Below, piece after piece: positions 18,218 to 28,600 of a stretch of DNA of 32,000 nucleotides. Made by a program: the position numbers and the translations under genes. The notes below the pieces were generated by a model. That model saw only the letters and a program-made list of their open reading frames with translations. It had not been told where the DNA came from and did no database searches. This DNA is from Candidatus Saccharimonadota bacterium. GTDB lineage: Bacteria > Pseudomonadota > Alphaproteobacteria > CAJXXZ01 > 1604HC. Every line of letters begins with the position of its first letter. Position 1 is the first letter of the stretch. The stretch is taken from assembly GCF_008189525.1 (NCBI RefSeq), contig NZ_CP043314.1, positions 360,001 to 392,000 of the forward strand, given 5' to 3'.

Positions 18218-19246
18218 ATGAAGTATGCATTCGTTTTTCCTGGCCAAGGATCTCAGAAACAAAATATGGCAAGTGATTTTTATTCATGTTCTAAATTGCT
18301 AGATACATCTAAAAACATATACCCAAATATAGAAAACATATTCAAATTACCAGATCCAGAGTTAAGTCAGACAGAAAATTCTCAACCAGCAATATTTGTA
18401 GCTTGCAGTATGATATGGGAAGAAATAAATAAAATGTATTCATTCTCATCTCTAAGTAATAATGCAGGTAATAATAATGAGCATAGTATACAAAATGGAC
18501 ATATAAACCAAGCTGATAAATTACAAACATCTGATCAAACCACTGTTAACAAAAATGATACAAAAATGATTCCAGCTCCATCATTTTTTGCAGGGCATTC
18601 TTTAGGAGAGTATTCAGCTTGCTTTGCTTCTAATGCAATAAACTTTGAATCTGGGTTAGAGCTGATAAAACTAAGGTCGAGATTAATGTCTAAATCGAAG
18701 GGTACTATGTTTGCTTGTATAGGAAAATTTGATGATGTACAAAATCTTTGCCAATTTGTGTCTGAAAAGACTAATAAAATATGCCAAATTGCAAATGATA
18801 ATAATGACACTCAAGTAGTTATAAGTTGTGAAAATGATTGCATAGATTTAATTAATAAAAGTTATAAAAATTTCAATGTAAAAAGATGTATACAACTTAA
18901 AGTAAGCGGAGGATTTCATTCTCCTTTAGTTGAAAGTGTAAAATCTGAATTATCTAAAGGAATCAACGAGGTCATGTTTAATGATGTAGAGATTCCAGTA
19001 ATATCTAATAAAACTGCACTGCCAGAAAAAATAGGACAAAAAATAAAAGATAATTTAATGGATCATGTTGTTTCTGGTGTAAAGTGGAGAGAAACAATTA
19101 TGTTTATGAAAGAAAATGGAGTAGAAAAAATTGTTGAAGTAGGAGGAAATGTATTATCTAAAATATCTGCAAAACTTGGAGTAGACTCTTTTTCGATATC
19201 TAATAAAAATGAGCTTTTGGATTTAGAATCCTTTTTGAATAAATAA
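18218..19246 (+). CDS. fabD: Malonyl-CoA:ACP transacylase FabD (with a roughly 45-aa insertion before the active-site Ser)
   Basis: The motifs YAFVFPGQGSQ, QPAIF, the active-site GHSLGEYSA and VSGGFHSPL are present. AGGA lies 8 nt upstream of ATG 18218. Confidence 0.85.
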   Translation: MKYAFVFPGQGSQKQNMASDFYSCSKLLDTSKNIYPNIENIFKLPDPELSQTENSQPAIFVACSMIWEEINKMYSFSSLSNNAGNNNEHSIQNGHINQADKLQTSDQTTVNKNDTKMIPAPSFFAGHSLGEYSACFASNAINFESGLELIKLRSRLMSKSKGTMFACIGKFDDVQNLCQFVSEKTNKICQIANDNNDTQVVISCENDCIDLINKSYKNFNVKRCIQLKVSGGFHSPLVESVKSELSKGINEVMFNDVEIPVISNKTALPEKIGQKIKDNLMDHVVSGVKWRETIMFMKENGVEKIVEVGGNVLSKISAKLGVDSFSISNKNELLDLESFLNK

Positions 19247-19380
19247 ACTTTCTAACTACTATAAACTGCCATATATATAAATGCCTTTAATTTTGCTATA
19301 CTGATTTGGTTGTTATTATTTTTACATTTTTAATTTTAAGTGTAATTATTTTAATTATTTATATATTGAAAGGTGGATTT

Positions 19381-20112
19381 GTGTTTGATCTTACAGGCAA
19401 AAGAGCTCTTATAACAGGAGCTGCAGGTGGAATAGGATCTGAAGTTGCAAAAACATTAAAAAATCATGGGGCTGACGTTTTTTTGACCGGCACAAAAACA
19501 GAAGAACTTAAGGAAATTTCCAAACCTATAGGTGCGAGTGGATATTTTGCAGCAGACTTAACATCCTATGATGATTTAAAGAAAATGTTCTCAGAGGCTG
19601 TAAAATGCATGGGTGGAGTAGATATTTTGGTTCACTCTGCAGGTTTTGCACAAGACAGACTATACCCAGCTGTAACAAATGAATCATGGCAAAAACAAAT
19701 GGATGTAAATCTAAATTCAGTTTTTCAGTTAACTCAATTAGCTCTCAGTAAAATGAGAAGAAATGGATGGGGCAGGGTAATTAGCATGTCTTCTGTAGTG
19801 GGTTGTACTGGAAATATAGGACAGGTAGCATATTCCACTTCAAAAGCTGCTCTTCTAGGAATGACTAAAACTCTAGCCAGAGAAGTAGCGAAAAGCAACA
19901 TTACTGTAAATGCTATTTGCCCTGGATTTATAGACACTCAAATGACAAAAGAACTTTTGGAATCAAATGGTAAAATATTAGAAAATATTCCACTACAAAG
20001 AGCTGGAACAGTTAAAGAGGTTGCAGCTGGAGTGATTTATTTAGCAAGTGAAGAGTCTGCATATGTTACTGGAACGAGTTTACATATAAATGGTGGGATG
20101 ATGATGTGCTAA
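19381..20112 (+). CDS. fabG: 3-oxoacyl-ACP reductase FabG
   Basis: GTG 19381 gives (M)FDLTGKRALITGAAGGIGS, the canonical FabG N-terminus, with AGGTGG just upstream. The catalytic motifs SSVVG, YSTSKAA and NAICPGFIDT are present, and the C-terminus is LHINGGMMM. The ORF-track start at 19306 adds only an implausible hydrophobic leader. Confidence 0.85.
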   Translation: MFDLTGKRALITGAAGGIGSEVAKTLKNHGADVFLTGTKTEELKEISKPIGASGYFAADLTSYDDLKKMFSEAVKCMGGVDILVHSAGFAQDRLYPAVTNESWQKQMDVNLNSVFQLTQLALSKMRRNGWGRVISMSSVVGCTGNIGQVAYSTSKAALLGMTKTLAREVAKSNITVNAICPGFIDTQMTKELLESNGKILENIPLQRAGTVKEVAAGVIYLASEESAYVTGTSLHINGGMMMC

Positions 20113-20882
20113 CAAAATATAGACAAACAAGACTATGGTTAGTGCAATCTATTTTCCAACATCTAATAAATAAAAATCCTTACAAATTAGGGAAAAATAA
20201 TTCAGAGCAAGTTAAATCTGAGAAAATACGTAATGAAGAAATAAAGCCTGAATCAGATTTCATTAACAACGAAGATGGAACTCTAGTTTTCGAATCTGAA
20301 CAAACAACAGAAACCACTTTAAATGAAGAAAACGAAGATAATGAAATTGTAAAGGAAGATGAAGATGATACTTTACAAGATTTACAAGAGAAATCCGATG
20401 AATTTAATGATGTAATTTTAAATGATATAAACTTAAATACCAATGAACTCGAAACTGAATCTACAGAATTAATCGAAGATCTTGAAACCAAAGAATTTGA
20501 AAACATAAATGAACACATAGATATAAATTATAAGATGCGTGAGTTTGAAGAAATTATTTTCGATAATTTAGGGGATAAAGTAGAATTCAAAAAACTTTTT
20601 TCAGGTGTTCTACATAATGAGCAAGAAGTGACAGAAAAAGTTTCTAAATACTTAACTAGTAGCTGCAAATGGAAGAACATGCAATTAGTTTTAAAAAGTA
20701 TATTTTTGTCTGCTGGGTATGAAATTATTTTTGCAAATTTGGACAATGGTGAAGATCTAGAAAAGACAAAGCAGCATATAATAAAAAATTACATATCTAT
20801 AGCTAGAGTACTAGGAGAAGAAAAAGGGGTAGATGTAATCTTCTCTGTTTTACATAAAATCAAACACAAAATAAACGTATAA
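20106..20882 (+). CDS. nusB: Transcription antitermination factor NusB-like, with a roughly 115-aa acidic insertion
   Basis: The N-terminal helix RQTRLWLVQSIFQ is followed later by FKKLFSGVLHNEQEVTEKV, LVLKSIFLSAGYEII and IIKNYISIARVLGEEKGVDVIFSVLHKI. This matches the NusB helix pattern (R..A.Q.L, GV....ID, ILR.A.YEL, INE.VE.AK....FVN.VL). The GTG start overlaps the fabG stop. Confidence 0.55.
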   Translation: MLTKYRQTRLWLVQSIFQHLINKNPYKLGKNNSEQVKSEKIRNEEIKPESDFINNEDGTLVFESEQTTETTLNEENEDNEIVKEDEDDTLQDLQEKSDEFNDVILNDINLNTNELETESTELIEDLETKEFENINEHIDINYKMREFEEIIFDNLGDKVEFKKLFSGVLHNEQEVTEKVSKYLTSSCKWKNMQLVLKSIFLSAGYEIIFANLDNGEDLEKTKQHIIKNYISIARVLGEEKGVDVIFSVLHKIKHKINV

Positions 20883-21748
20883 TAATAAAAAATTACATAA
20901 TTCAACTTTTTGTAAAAACAGCTAATCAATGGCTTAATATATAAGTTATAATATAACCAGCAGGTTTTGATATTTTTTATATAATATTTGTATCAACTTC
21001 TTCTGAGCATTCATTTATATAATGGATTTAGCAGGTACACTCATTATTTTCTACTATTAAAGCACTTTATTGATATTCTATTCATGAAAATATAACAATT
21101 GTAACAAAAAATAGTATGAAATTCATAACCAATTTACAAGGTTTCAGTTTTTTACAATAAACTTAAAACTATATATATAAGGTTACAAAGCATCTTGTTA
21201 AACTTAAATATAGTATATGTACAAATTAGCTTTATAATCTGAACAGGTTTACATTCTGTCCAAAATTTTGTAGAAAATTATTAATAAATTTAATAAAACT
21301 GGTTTTAATTAGAATCTAAATCAGGTTTTATATTTCCATAATTTCTACTTCTATAACACTTATTACAAATTACTAAAAAACTAATACTAAAAAAATTTAG
21401 ATATATGAGCTATCAACTCATTTTAATATAAAAATAAATTTATAAAATAAATTCTTTTCTATTTATTAAAAGTATTATTAATTTTTATACAAATGTGAAA
21501 ACTGATTAAGAAATAACTTTGATTCGATAGTTGGTTAAATGGAAATCAAATACCTTAACCTTATAGTTTAAGATTTATATATTGATTTCACTTAAAAAAC
21601 AGTTTTTAGAACAAAAACCAATAGTGCAAATTAAAATGAAACTTAAAAATATTTAAAGGTTTTGAAATATTTTCTTGTTTTGTACATAAAATATAAAAGC
21701 TAAGTTTTCCTTAGGAATATAAATTAATGAACAAGAATTAAGTAAAAA

Positions 21749-22264
21749 TTAAGCTTTGTATGGCATTAAAGCTAGAAATCTTCTTTCTTTTATAGCCTTA
21801 GAAAGTCTTCTCATTTCTTTAGCACTAAAGCCTAATATCTTTGGAGCTAAAATACGACCATGAGGGGTTGTCATTCTAGAGGTATCTCTTAGATAATCTA
21901 TTTTATTCTCAGCAAATCTATTTCTAGGGTCTCTGATTGGATCAAATAAACTTTGAACTTCTGTCAAAGGTCTTTCTTTCTTGTCCAGTAATCTGATCAT
22001 GTATCTGATCAAATCCTTGTTTAATTTTAATGTGTTTACAAGTTTTTTTGATTGTTCAGAAGGAAGATTAAAGTCCATAAGAATATAATGTCCTCTTATG
22101 TTTCTTTGTATTTCATATTTTAGCTTGTTCAGTCCAAAATTTTTCCTTGATACTTCTTTTCCGCCTAAAGAGTCAATTTCTTTTGAAATTTGATCAACTA
22201 CTTTTTCAGCTTCTTCTTCTGATATGTTTTGTTTCAGTACACAGTTTAACCTGTAATTGCGCAA
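21749..22264 (-). CDS. rpsF-rpsR: Ribosomal protein S6 fused in frame to ribosomal protein S18
   Basis: Residues 1-93 (MRNYRLNCVL..EEAEKV..GGKEVSRKNFGLNKLKYEIQRNIRGHYILMDF..LIRYMI) follow the S6 pattern. Residues about 113-171 (RNRFAENKIDYLRDT..HGRILAPKILGFSAKEMRRLSKAIKERRFLALMPY) follow the S18 core pattern. Confidence 0.75.
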   Translation of the reverse strand: MRNYRLNCVLKQNISEEEAEKVVDQISKEIDSLGGKEVSRKNFGLNKLKYEIQRNIRGHYILMDFNLPSEQSKKLVNTLKLNKDLIRYMIRLLDKKERPLTEVQSLFDPIRDPRNRFAENKIDYLRDTSRMTTPHGRILAPKILGFSAKEMRRLSKAIKERRFLALMPYKA

Positions 22265-22350
22265 TTAACGCCTCCTGGACATACTGTATCAAAAACTTTA
22301 AAGAATTGTAAGAGAAGCAAAGTAACACAATAAATCCAGCATAAATTTAT

Positions 22351-23550
22351 CTAAATAACCTTATCTAAGAAATCTATAATTTCATCTATTTTTATATAAT
22401 GAGTTTTATCAGATATTACTCTAACTTCTACAGAATCACTCTCTAACTGCTTATTTCCTATAATAATTTTAATAGGAGATCCTATCAAATCTGAAACAGC
22501 AAATTTCTCACCAGGTGATTTTTTACCACTTACGATATATGTTGTTTTAGAAAATTTTCTACGTATTTTCTCACAAGTTTTATCTGCTTTTTCGCTATCC
22601 TTACACATATTCAAAATTGTAATTTTAAATGGGGCTATATTTTTAGGCCAATTAATTCCATTTTCTACACTATATTTCTCTACCAAAGCCCCTACAAGCC
22701 TTGAAACACCAATTCCATAACAGGACATAACCAATGCATTAGTTTTATTCTCACTATTCGTTACTTTTAGGTTCATTGGCTCACTGTATCTTGTACCAAG
22801 CAGAAAAATATGACCTAACTCCATAAAACTCTTCTCAACTCCATCTACCACTGCTGTGTCTTCGCCTATTTCAGATTCAATCAAGAACTCATGACTTTTA
22901 GAACCTCCAATTTCCCCTGTTTCAGCTGGTTTTGAAATAACATCCAAACCTAACTCATCGAATACTTCTTTGTAAGCTTCTGAAACATTATCGTAAAAAT
23001 CCAAAGCATCTTTTTCTGTTTCATGAAATGAATATCCATCACACATCAAAAATTCTCTGCATCTTACAATTCCGTATCTTGGCCTTAATTCATCCCTAAA
23101 CTTCCACTGTATGTTAAAAACTTTTACAGGAAGGTCATGCAATTTTATTTTATTCCTTACCATATCCACACATGCTTCTTCTGCGGTTGGTCCAAAAACA
23201 AGATCTGATTCATTCCTGTCTTTTATCTTTAACATTTCCTTTCCATAAACTTCATATCTTCCAGTTTCTATCCAAAGAGATGCAGGATGCAAAGTTGGTA
23301 AACACATTCTATTAAATCCAATATCCTCAAATTTATCAGAAATTATTTTCTCTACGATTGAAAGAATTTTGTACCCTAACGGAAGCCAAGCATATATACC
23401 CGAAGACAATTTATGTATCATTCCACTTTTCATCATCAATTTTGCTGTTTCTGAAAATTCATCAGAGTCTTTTTTTGTGGGTATAAAAAACTTACCAAGA
23501 GACTCACAATTAGAGCTATAATTATCATTTTTAGATGTATTCATTATCAT
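22351..23550 (-). CDS. proS: Prolyl-tRNA synthetase (short form without the INS editing domain)
   Basis: Class II aaRS and ProRS motifs are present: SGIYAWLPLGYKIL, FGPTAEEA, WKFRDELRPRYGIVRCREFLMCDGYSF and MSCYGIGVSRL. A C-terminal anticodon-binding region contains IIIGNK. Confidence 0.85.
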   Translation of the reverse strand: MIMNTSKNDNYSSNCESLGKFFIPTKKDSDEFSETAKLMMKSGMIHKLSSGIYAWLPLGYKILSIVEKIISDKFEDIGFNRMCLPTLHPASLWIETGRYEVYGKEMLKIKDRNESDLVFGPTAEEACVDMVRNKIKLHDLPVKVFNIQWKFRDELRPRYGIVRCREFLMCDGYSFHETEKDALDFYDNVSEAYKEVFDELGLDVISKPAETGEIGGSKSHEFLIESEIGEDTAVVDGVEKSFMELGHIFLLGTRYSEPMNLKVTNSENKTNALVMSCYGIGVSRLVGALVEKYSVENGINWPKNIAPFKITILNMCKDSEKADKTCEKIRRKFSKTTYIVSGKKSPGEKFAVSDLIGSPIKIIIGNKQLESDSVEVRVISDKTHYIKIDEIIDFLDKVI

Positions 23551-23784
23551 TCCTTTTTATATCTATAGATTTGTATATTCATACTATCAAATTACAAAAA
23601 ACTTGTTAGACAAATTACTAACAAAAATTAAATAAAACCATAAAATAAATCTAATTGGTAAAATATTATACGCTCAATTTACACAAAAAATATTCTTTAA
23701 TTAGATTTTGTAGAATTTAACGAAAATTTAGAATTATTTAGAATTAAGTTAGATTTTTCTTAATTCTTTTTAGAAATCTCTATT

Positions 23785-24771
23785 TTAGTATTTAGAAAAA
23801 TTACTAGCTGATGTAGATTTCTTTGTGGATTTTTTTTCAGATGTATTACTATTCATATCATCAGACATTTTATTACCAGTAATTATTGAATTCCTAATTT
23901 GATTGAACAAATCATTCATTCCACCTGGAGAATGAGGTATTAGTATAGTATTTTGATTGCTATGTAAGCCTAAATCTTTAATAGTGTCGAAATACTGAGC
24001 CATCATTATAAGAGTCATCGCATCATGTGGGTCAGCATCTCCAATCTGCTTCTGAAACTCATCAAGTGATTCTCTTAATCCATCCATAATTGCTCTTCTT
24101 TGACCAGCCATACCTTTTCCTTGAAGTATTTTGCTTTCTGCCTCTGCTTCAGCTTGTTTTACTTTAAGTATTTTTTCTGCTTCACCGCGCTCCATGGATG
24201 CAACTCTCAACCTTTGAGCTTCATTAATTTCATTCATAGCAGTCTTTACTCTAGAATCCGGCTTAATATCTGTAACAAGTGTTTTTATTATGTTATAACC
24301 AAAATTATTCATAACTTCTTGAAGTTCATCTTTTACAGAAATAGCTATTTCATCTTTTTTAGAAAAAACATCATCTAAGTCTATCAAAGGAACTCTAGCT
24401 CTAACTACATCAAAAACAAAAGATTGAATTTGTTTTTCAGCATTATCTAAAGTATAAAATGCTTCGTAAACTTTATTTGGAAGCACTTTATATTGCACAG
24501 AAACCATTATATCTATAAAAACATTGTCCTGAGTTTTTGTTTCCACCAAAACATCTAACTGCTTAATTCTTAAGCTGATAACTCCAGATACTTTCTCTAT
24601 AAAAGGAGTCAAAAAATGTAATCCAGCTCCAGAAATTCTAGAAAATTTACCCAATCTTTCGATCAAAGCTACCTTTTGTTGCTCTACTATGAAAAGAGAT
24701 GATGTGATTGTAATAAAAACAACCACTAAAACGAACACACCTACATATATAAAAACGTCATTATTAATCAT
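23785..24771 (-). CDS. SPFH/band-7 (stomatin/prohibitin-like) membrane protein
   Basis: An N-terminal TM helix is followed by an SPFH core (VALIERLGKFSRISGAGLHFLTPFIEKV..TKTQDNVFIDIMVSVQYKV) and then a coiled-coil segment (AEKILKVKQAEAEAESKILQGKG). Confidence 0.8.
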   Translation of the reverse strand: MINNDVFIYVGVFVLVVVFITITSSLFIVEQQKVALIERLGKFSRISGAGLHFLTPFIEKVSGVISLRIKQLDVLVETKTQDNVFIDIMVSVQYKVLPNKVYEAFYTLDNAEKQIQSFVFDVVRARVPLIDLDDVFSKKDEIAISVKDELQEVMNNFGYNIIKTLVTDIKPDSRVKTAMNEINEAQRLRVASMERGEAEKILKVKQAEAEAESKILQGKGMAGQRRAIMDGLRESLDEFQKQIGDADPHDAMTLIMMAQYFDTIKDLGLHSNQNTILIPHSPGGMNDLFNQIRNSIITGNKMSDDMNSNTSEKKSTKKSTSASNFSKY

Positions 24772-25167
24772 ATAGGCATATTATCACTTTAAAGCTAAAA
24801 AAATAGTGTGCTGAAAACATTTAAGATTAGCACAAATTTGTATTATTTCTCCATATTTATGCAGATACAGATATTCTTAAGCAGGTTTAAAGAGGTCAAT
24901 ATATTCTCACAAGTAAATCAAATTACTAAATAAATTGATAATATAAATATAATAATCTTTAAAGCTTAAATTTTGTTGGATTTTGTTAAATTTTATTTAT
25001 AATGTAATGTTTTAAACTTTTTGATTTTATAACAAAATCAAAAACCAATTTGCTTTTATTTAGGTATAAAAGTAATAAATTAACAGCAAAAAATAAATTA
25101 AAAACTTATTCAAGATACACAAAATAAATCAAACAAACAAAGAAATAAGCTTGTACATCTAAATCAC

Positions 25168-25242
25168 TGGTGAGTAATAACAGATTTGAACTGTTGACCC
25201 CCTCGGTGTAAACGAGGTGCTCTACCGCTGAGCTAATCACTC
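25168..25242 (-). tRNA. tRNA-Val (anticodon UAC), CCA encoded
   Basis: The reverse complement folds by hand as a 75-nt cloverleaf: GAGTGAT TA GCTC AGCGGTA GAGC A CCTCG TTTACAC CGAGG GGGTC AACAG TTCAAAT CTGTT ATTACTC A CCA. The acceptor stem is 7 bp (one G-U), with a 4-bp D stem, a 5-bp anticodon stem and a 5-bp T stem. The anticodon is TAC. Confidence 0.9.
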
Positions 25243-25397
25243 GGAACAACTTTACATCTTTTTAACACTTTTTACAATATTCACATTAAAAACAATTCAA
25301 ATAAAACTCTACGCATGAACATAAATATAAATTTAAAATTGAACAAAATATTAAATAAACACAAACAAACAGAAGTAGTATGCACAAAGAATCTTTT

Positions 25398-25586
25398 AGA
25401 ATAAAAAGCTATCAGCATGGTGATTTTTTAATAAAAAATTATCAGAAGGGTAGGTTTTTAATAAAAAAATTATCAGAAAGGTAGGTTTTTAGAATAAAAA
25501 GCTATCAGAAAGGTAGGTTTTTAGAATAAAAAGCTATCAGAAAGGTAGGTTTTTAGAATAAAAAGCTATCAGAAGGGTAGGTTTTC
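25398..25586. repeat. Six tandem copies of a 30-32-bp AT-rich repeat (agaataaaaagctatcagaaaggtaggttttt)
   Basis: Copies lie at 25398-25429, 25430-25459, 25460-25490, 25491-25522, 25523-25554 and 25555-25586. Copies 4 and 5 are identical and the outer copies are progressively diverged. There are no intervening spacers. Confidence 0.9.
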
Positions 25587-25624
25587 TGTAGTAATAATTT
25601 ATATAAGCATAATACACTATGCAA

Positions 25625-28600
25625 CTAAAATTCTGCTTCCCAATCTATATCTTTTATAGAATTCATTAGACTATCAGACCAATTAACGTAACCAATTTTC
25701 AAGGGGGGCTGTTGTTCAAATCTTAACATTAGCTCTATTCCACTTGGTTTTTTGTATATTTCATCATAAGAATCCACTGTATCCTTACTTACACTAGGAC
25801 TTATTATATGCTCTTTAAGCTTTTTGCTCACATTAAGTAAATCTTGTTCTGATTTTATTTTTACATTTATTCTGCTAATTCTTTTTAGTTTTTCTGACAA
25901 AGGGTATATATTTTTCACTGACAAAAACTTACCTTTATCTTGCATTGAAATCCAAACCATTTTTTTATGTAAAGCAGCCAGCTCTGCAGAATCATTCGCT
26001 ATAAATCTCCACATACCGCAAGGGTCTGAAACTATACCAATCTTGTAAATCTTATTTCTCTGACTTTTTTTAGTAATCAAATTTTCTAACAAACCTACAG
26101 CTTCAACATCTTCTTCTTTTGTGGGTCTAGTAGAAATCCATTTTATACCAAAATTATTAGGATTTATTTTATGAAGAGGGTGGTGATCTATATAAGATCC
26201 TATTACTTCAAACTCGTAATTCGCTTCTTCCTCTTCAGTCCATTTTTGAATATCATCTTCTATCACTTCAAACAAACTTATCTTACGTTTCTTAACTTTC
26301 TCAGAATTAAACTCATTAAAAATCTTCGCTCTGTTTCTTTCTAAATCATCAAAAGCACCTGCTTTTATAAAAGATTCCATGGTTTTCTTATTTATACTTG
26401 CTCTGTCGTAGAAATCCTGCATATTTACAAAAGGTTTTTTAGATATAACTTCCTCTATACAAGATCCACTTACGTTCTTTATAGCAGAAAGCCCAAAACT
26501 TATTGTTGTATCATTCTCCACTTTAAAATCACGCTCAGATTTATTTATATTAGGCTTTAATATTTTTATCCCCATTCTTTTTGTTTCGTAAATCAATTCT
26601 GCCAATTTTTCAGTATTTTGTTGCTCTAATATCATTGAAGCTGTCATAAATTCTATTGTGTAATTAGCTTTCAGATAAGCTGTTTGATAACTTATAAGTG
26701 CATATGGAGTAGCATGAGCTTTAGGAAATGCATATTTAGCAAAATTTACTATTTGATTAAACAAATCTTCTGCTTTTTGTTTTGTACTTTTAGTATTTTC
26801 ACAAACTCTTTTTATAAACTCTTTTTGATGCCTTGCCATCTCTTCAGGCTTCTTTTTACCCATGGCTCTTCTAAGCAAATCAGCTTCTTGCATACTATAT
26901 CCAGCCAAATCTCTTGCAACCTGCAAAACCTGCTCCTGGTAAACAAAAACTCCATATGTAGATTCTAGTATTTTTTCCATCTCAGAATATAAATATTCTA
27001 TTTTTATTTCTTTATGCTTACCTTTGATAAATTTTGGTATATTCTCCATTGGACCAGGTCTGTAAAGAGAAATAACAGCAATTAAGTCTTTAAATGATTC
27101 AGGCTTCAATCCAACAAGAACTTCTTTCATTCCTTTGCTTTCAAATTGAAATATACCTACAGTGTGCCCTTTAGACAGCATATCCAAAGTCTTATCATCT
27201 TCTAAAGGTATTTTGCTTATATCTAGCATATTTTCACTTACTGAACCTACTGAACTATGTACATCACCTAAATCACATTCTCCACTTCTCCTATCAGAAA
27301 TCACATCTAAAGTTTTGCTTATGATAGTTAAAGTTGTAAGTCCAAGTAAATCGAATTTCACCAAACCAGCAGTTTCAATATAATTCAAAGAAAACTGAGT
27401 TACAGCTGTGTGTTCATCAAAAAGCAATGGAAGCATTTCATGCAAAGGCTTACTTCCTATAACTATACCTGCAGCATGTATGGATGCATGTCTAAATAAT
27501 CCTTCAAGTCTTAAACTAAGGTCAAATAGTTTCTTTATATTAGGATTAGATTTCATTTGCTTTTCTAAATCAGCATTATTTTCCATGAATTTTTCTAAAG
27601 TTACATTAAACCCTTGTATGCTTGGAATGGCCTTACATAATCTATCTATAACGGGGTAGGGTATTTGTAATATTCTACCAACATCTCTCAAAACACCCTT
27701 TGATTGCAAAGAACCAAAAGTAACTATATGCGCGACATGATCTTTACCATATTTGTTCACTATGTAATTTATTACTTTCGCTCTTCCTTTAGGGCAAAAA
27801 TCTACATCAAAGTCAGGCATACTTACTCTTCCAGGGTTAAGGAATCTTTCAAAGACTAGACCAAACTGCAAAGGATCTACATCAGTAATTCCTATGGCAT
27901 AAGCAACAAGAGAACCAGCTCCAGAACCTCTTCCTGGACCAACTGAAACACCATTTTTTTTAGCCCAGTTTATGAAATCTGCAACTATTAAGAAATAACC
28001 AGAAAAATTCATCTTGATTATGACACCTAACTCAAAATTCAATCTATCCACATATTCTTGAGAATTCTCTAGCTTTGTAATACCTTTTTTCTCAATTCCT
28101 TCTATAGCTTGCTCTCGCAAACATTCATTTTCATTGTCTGTATACTTAGGCAGTTCTGGTTTCTTTTTCTCAAGTATAAAAGAGCATTTTTTAGCAAACA
28201 ACAAAGTGTTTTCCAAAGGTTCTTTCCAATCATGAAAAATTTCTTCCAGCTCTTCTTGTGTTTGTAAATAGAAATCATTAAAAAAACCTGACTCTAAATA
28301 AGTTCCATTTTTAATACATTTTAATGCTTCATAAGCCTCATCATCATCTTTTTTTATGTAATTTACCTTAGGAATTGCCACAACAGGTGTTTTATGTAAA
28401 TCTGACATTTTACAAACCAGAAATTCATTCTCTTGCCTATCTCTTATTCCAACACACCAAGATCCATTAAAATATTTTTCCATTTTTAATGCGCATGATT
28501 CTATATCATTTACTTCACATATTTCACTTGGTACAGCAATGGCCATCAAGCCTAAATCCACCTTACCTAACTCACTATTTCTTTCTATATTTCTTTCTAA

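Noticed and set aside
19306-19380. A hydrophobic N-terminal extension of FabG (MVVIIFTFLILSVIILIIYILKGGF), which would suggest a membrane-anchored FabG.
   Set aside because: GTG 19381, preceded by AGGTGG, yields the canonical FabG N-terminus (M)FDLTGK and a typical length of 243 aa. The extension is most likely untranslated AT-rich leader read through in frame.
25398-25586. A possible CRISPR array (32-bp direct repeats).
   Set aside because: The repeats are directly adjacent with no unique spacers. They are AT-rich without the typical palindromic core, and no cas genes are nearby. This is a plain tandem repeat.
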